Below are positions 51,174 to 51,248 of a DNA stretch of 51,248 bases, piece after piece. The stretch comes from Armatimonadota bacterium (lineage in GTDB: Bacteria > Armatimonadota > Zipacnadia > Zipacnadales > UBA5352): contig JAYENL010000288.1 of assembly GCA_034722055.1 (NCBI GenBank), positions 7,242 through 58,489 on the forward strand. Reading direction: 5' to 3'. Positions within the stretch are counted from its first letter, which is position 1. Each line of letters begins with the position of its first letter. A program made the position numbers and the translations under genes. The notes beneath the pieces were generated by a model that had not been told where the DNA came from, ran no database searches, and was given only the letters and a program-made list of their open reading frames with translations.

Positions 51174-51248
51174 TCAGTCCACGAGCAGGAAGTCGCCGCG
51201 ATCCACCGGCACAGTCACCACCGGGACGCCGCCGTCGCGCCTGATCTG
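51174..51248 (-). CDS. 3' end of a CDS running off the window
   Basis: Open frame QIRRDGGVPVVTVPVDRGDFLLVD* with GC3-rich codons. Confidence 0.55.
   Translation of the reverse strand, partial: QIRRDGGVPVVTVPVDRGDFLLVD

Overview
High-GC bacterial chromosomal window with about 30 CDS and no rRNA, tRNA or CRISPR array that I can recognise. A PEP-CTERM protein, a Firmicutes-like phoH-pgpH-ybeY-dgkA operon and many giant secreted CBM-bearing proteins suggest an Armatimonadota-like lineage (inference). Housekeeping genes are nadB, dgkA-PAP2, ybeY, 7TM-HD (PgpH-like), phoH, ligA, VanZ-trxA, degP and ogt. Accessory genes include six or seven large secreted glycan-active-looking proteins, an IS-scarred TPR gene, an extended ECF sigma factor, an FG-GAP/ASPIC protein, RidA, an SDR and a PEP-CTERM protein. 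Highlights: (1) an operon encoding an NDP-sugar nucleotidyltransferase, a protein with three tandem QueG/reductive-dehalogenase-like modules and a GHMP kinase, divergent from an NAD-dependent epimerase, which is a candidate cobalamin/Fe-S-dependent sugar pathway; (2) an orphan TsrM-like B12 radical SAM enzyme; (3) a 51-aa Cys-rich small ORF with its own promoter and RBS; (4) a ~285-bp structured element with terminal inverted repeats; (5) a recurrent AGG-N18/19-GAA sigmaH-like promoter upstream of 8 genes; (6) an in-frame VanZ-thioredoxin fusion; (7) possible non-canonical start codons, orphan gene tails, IS3-type end remnants and REP-like clusters. All family calls come from motifs read by eye, not from database searches.
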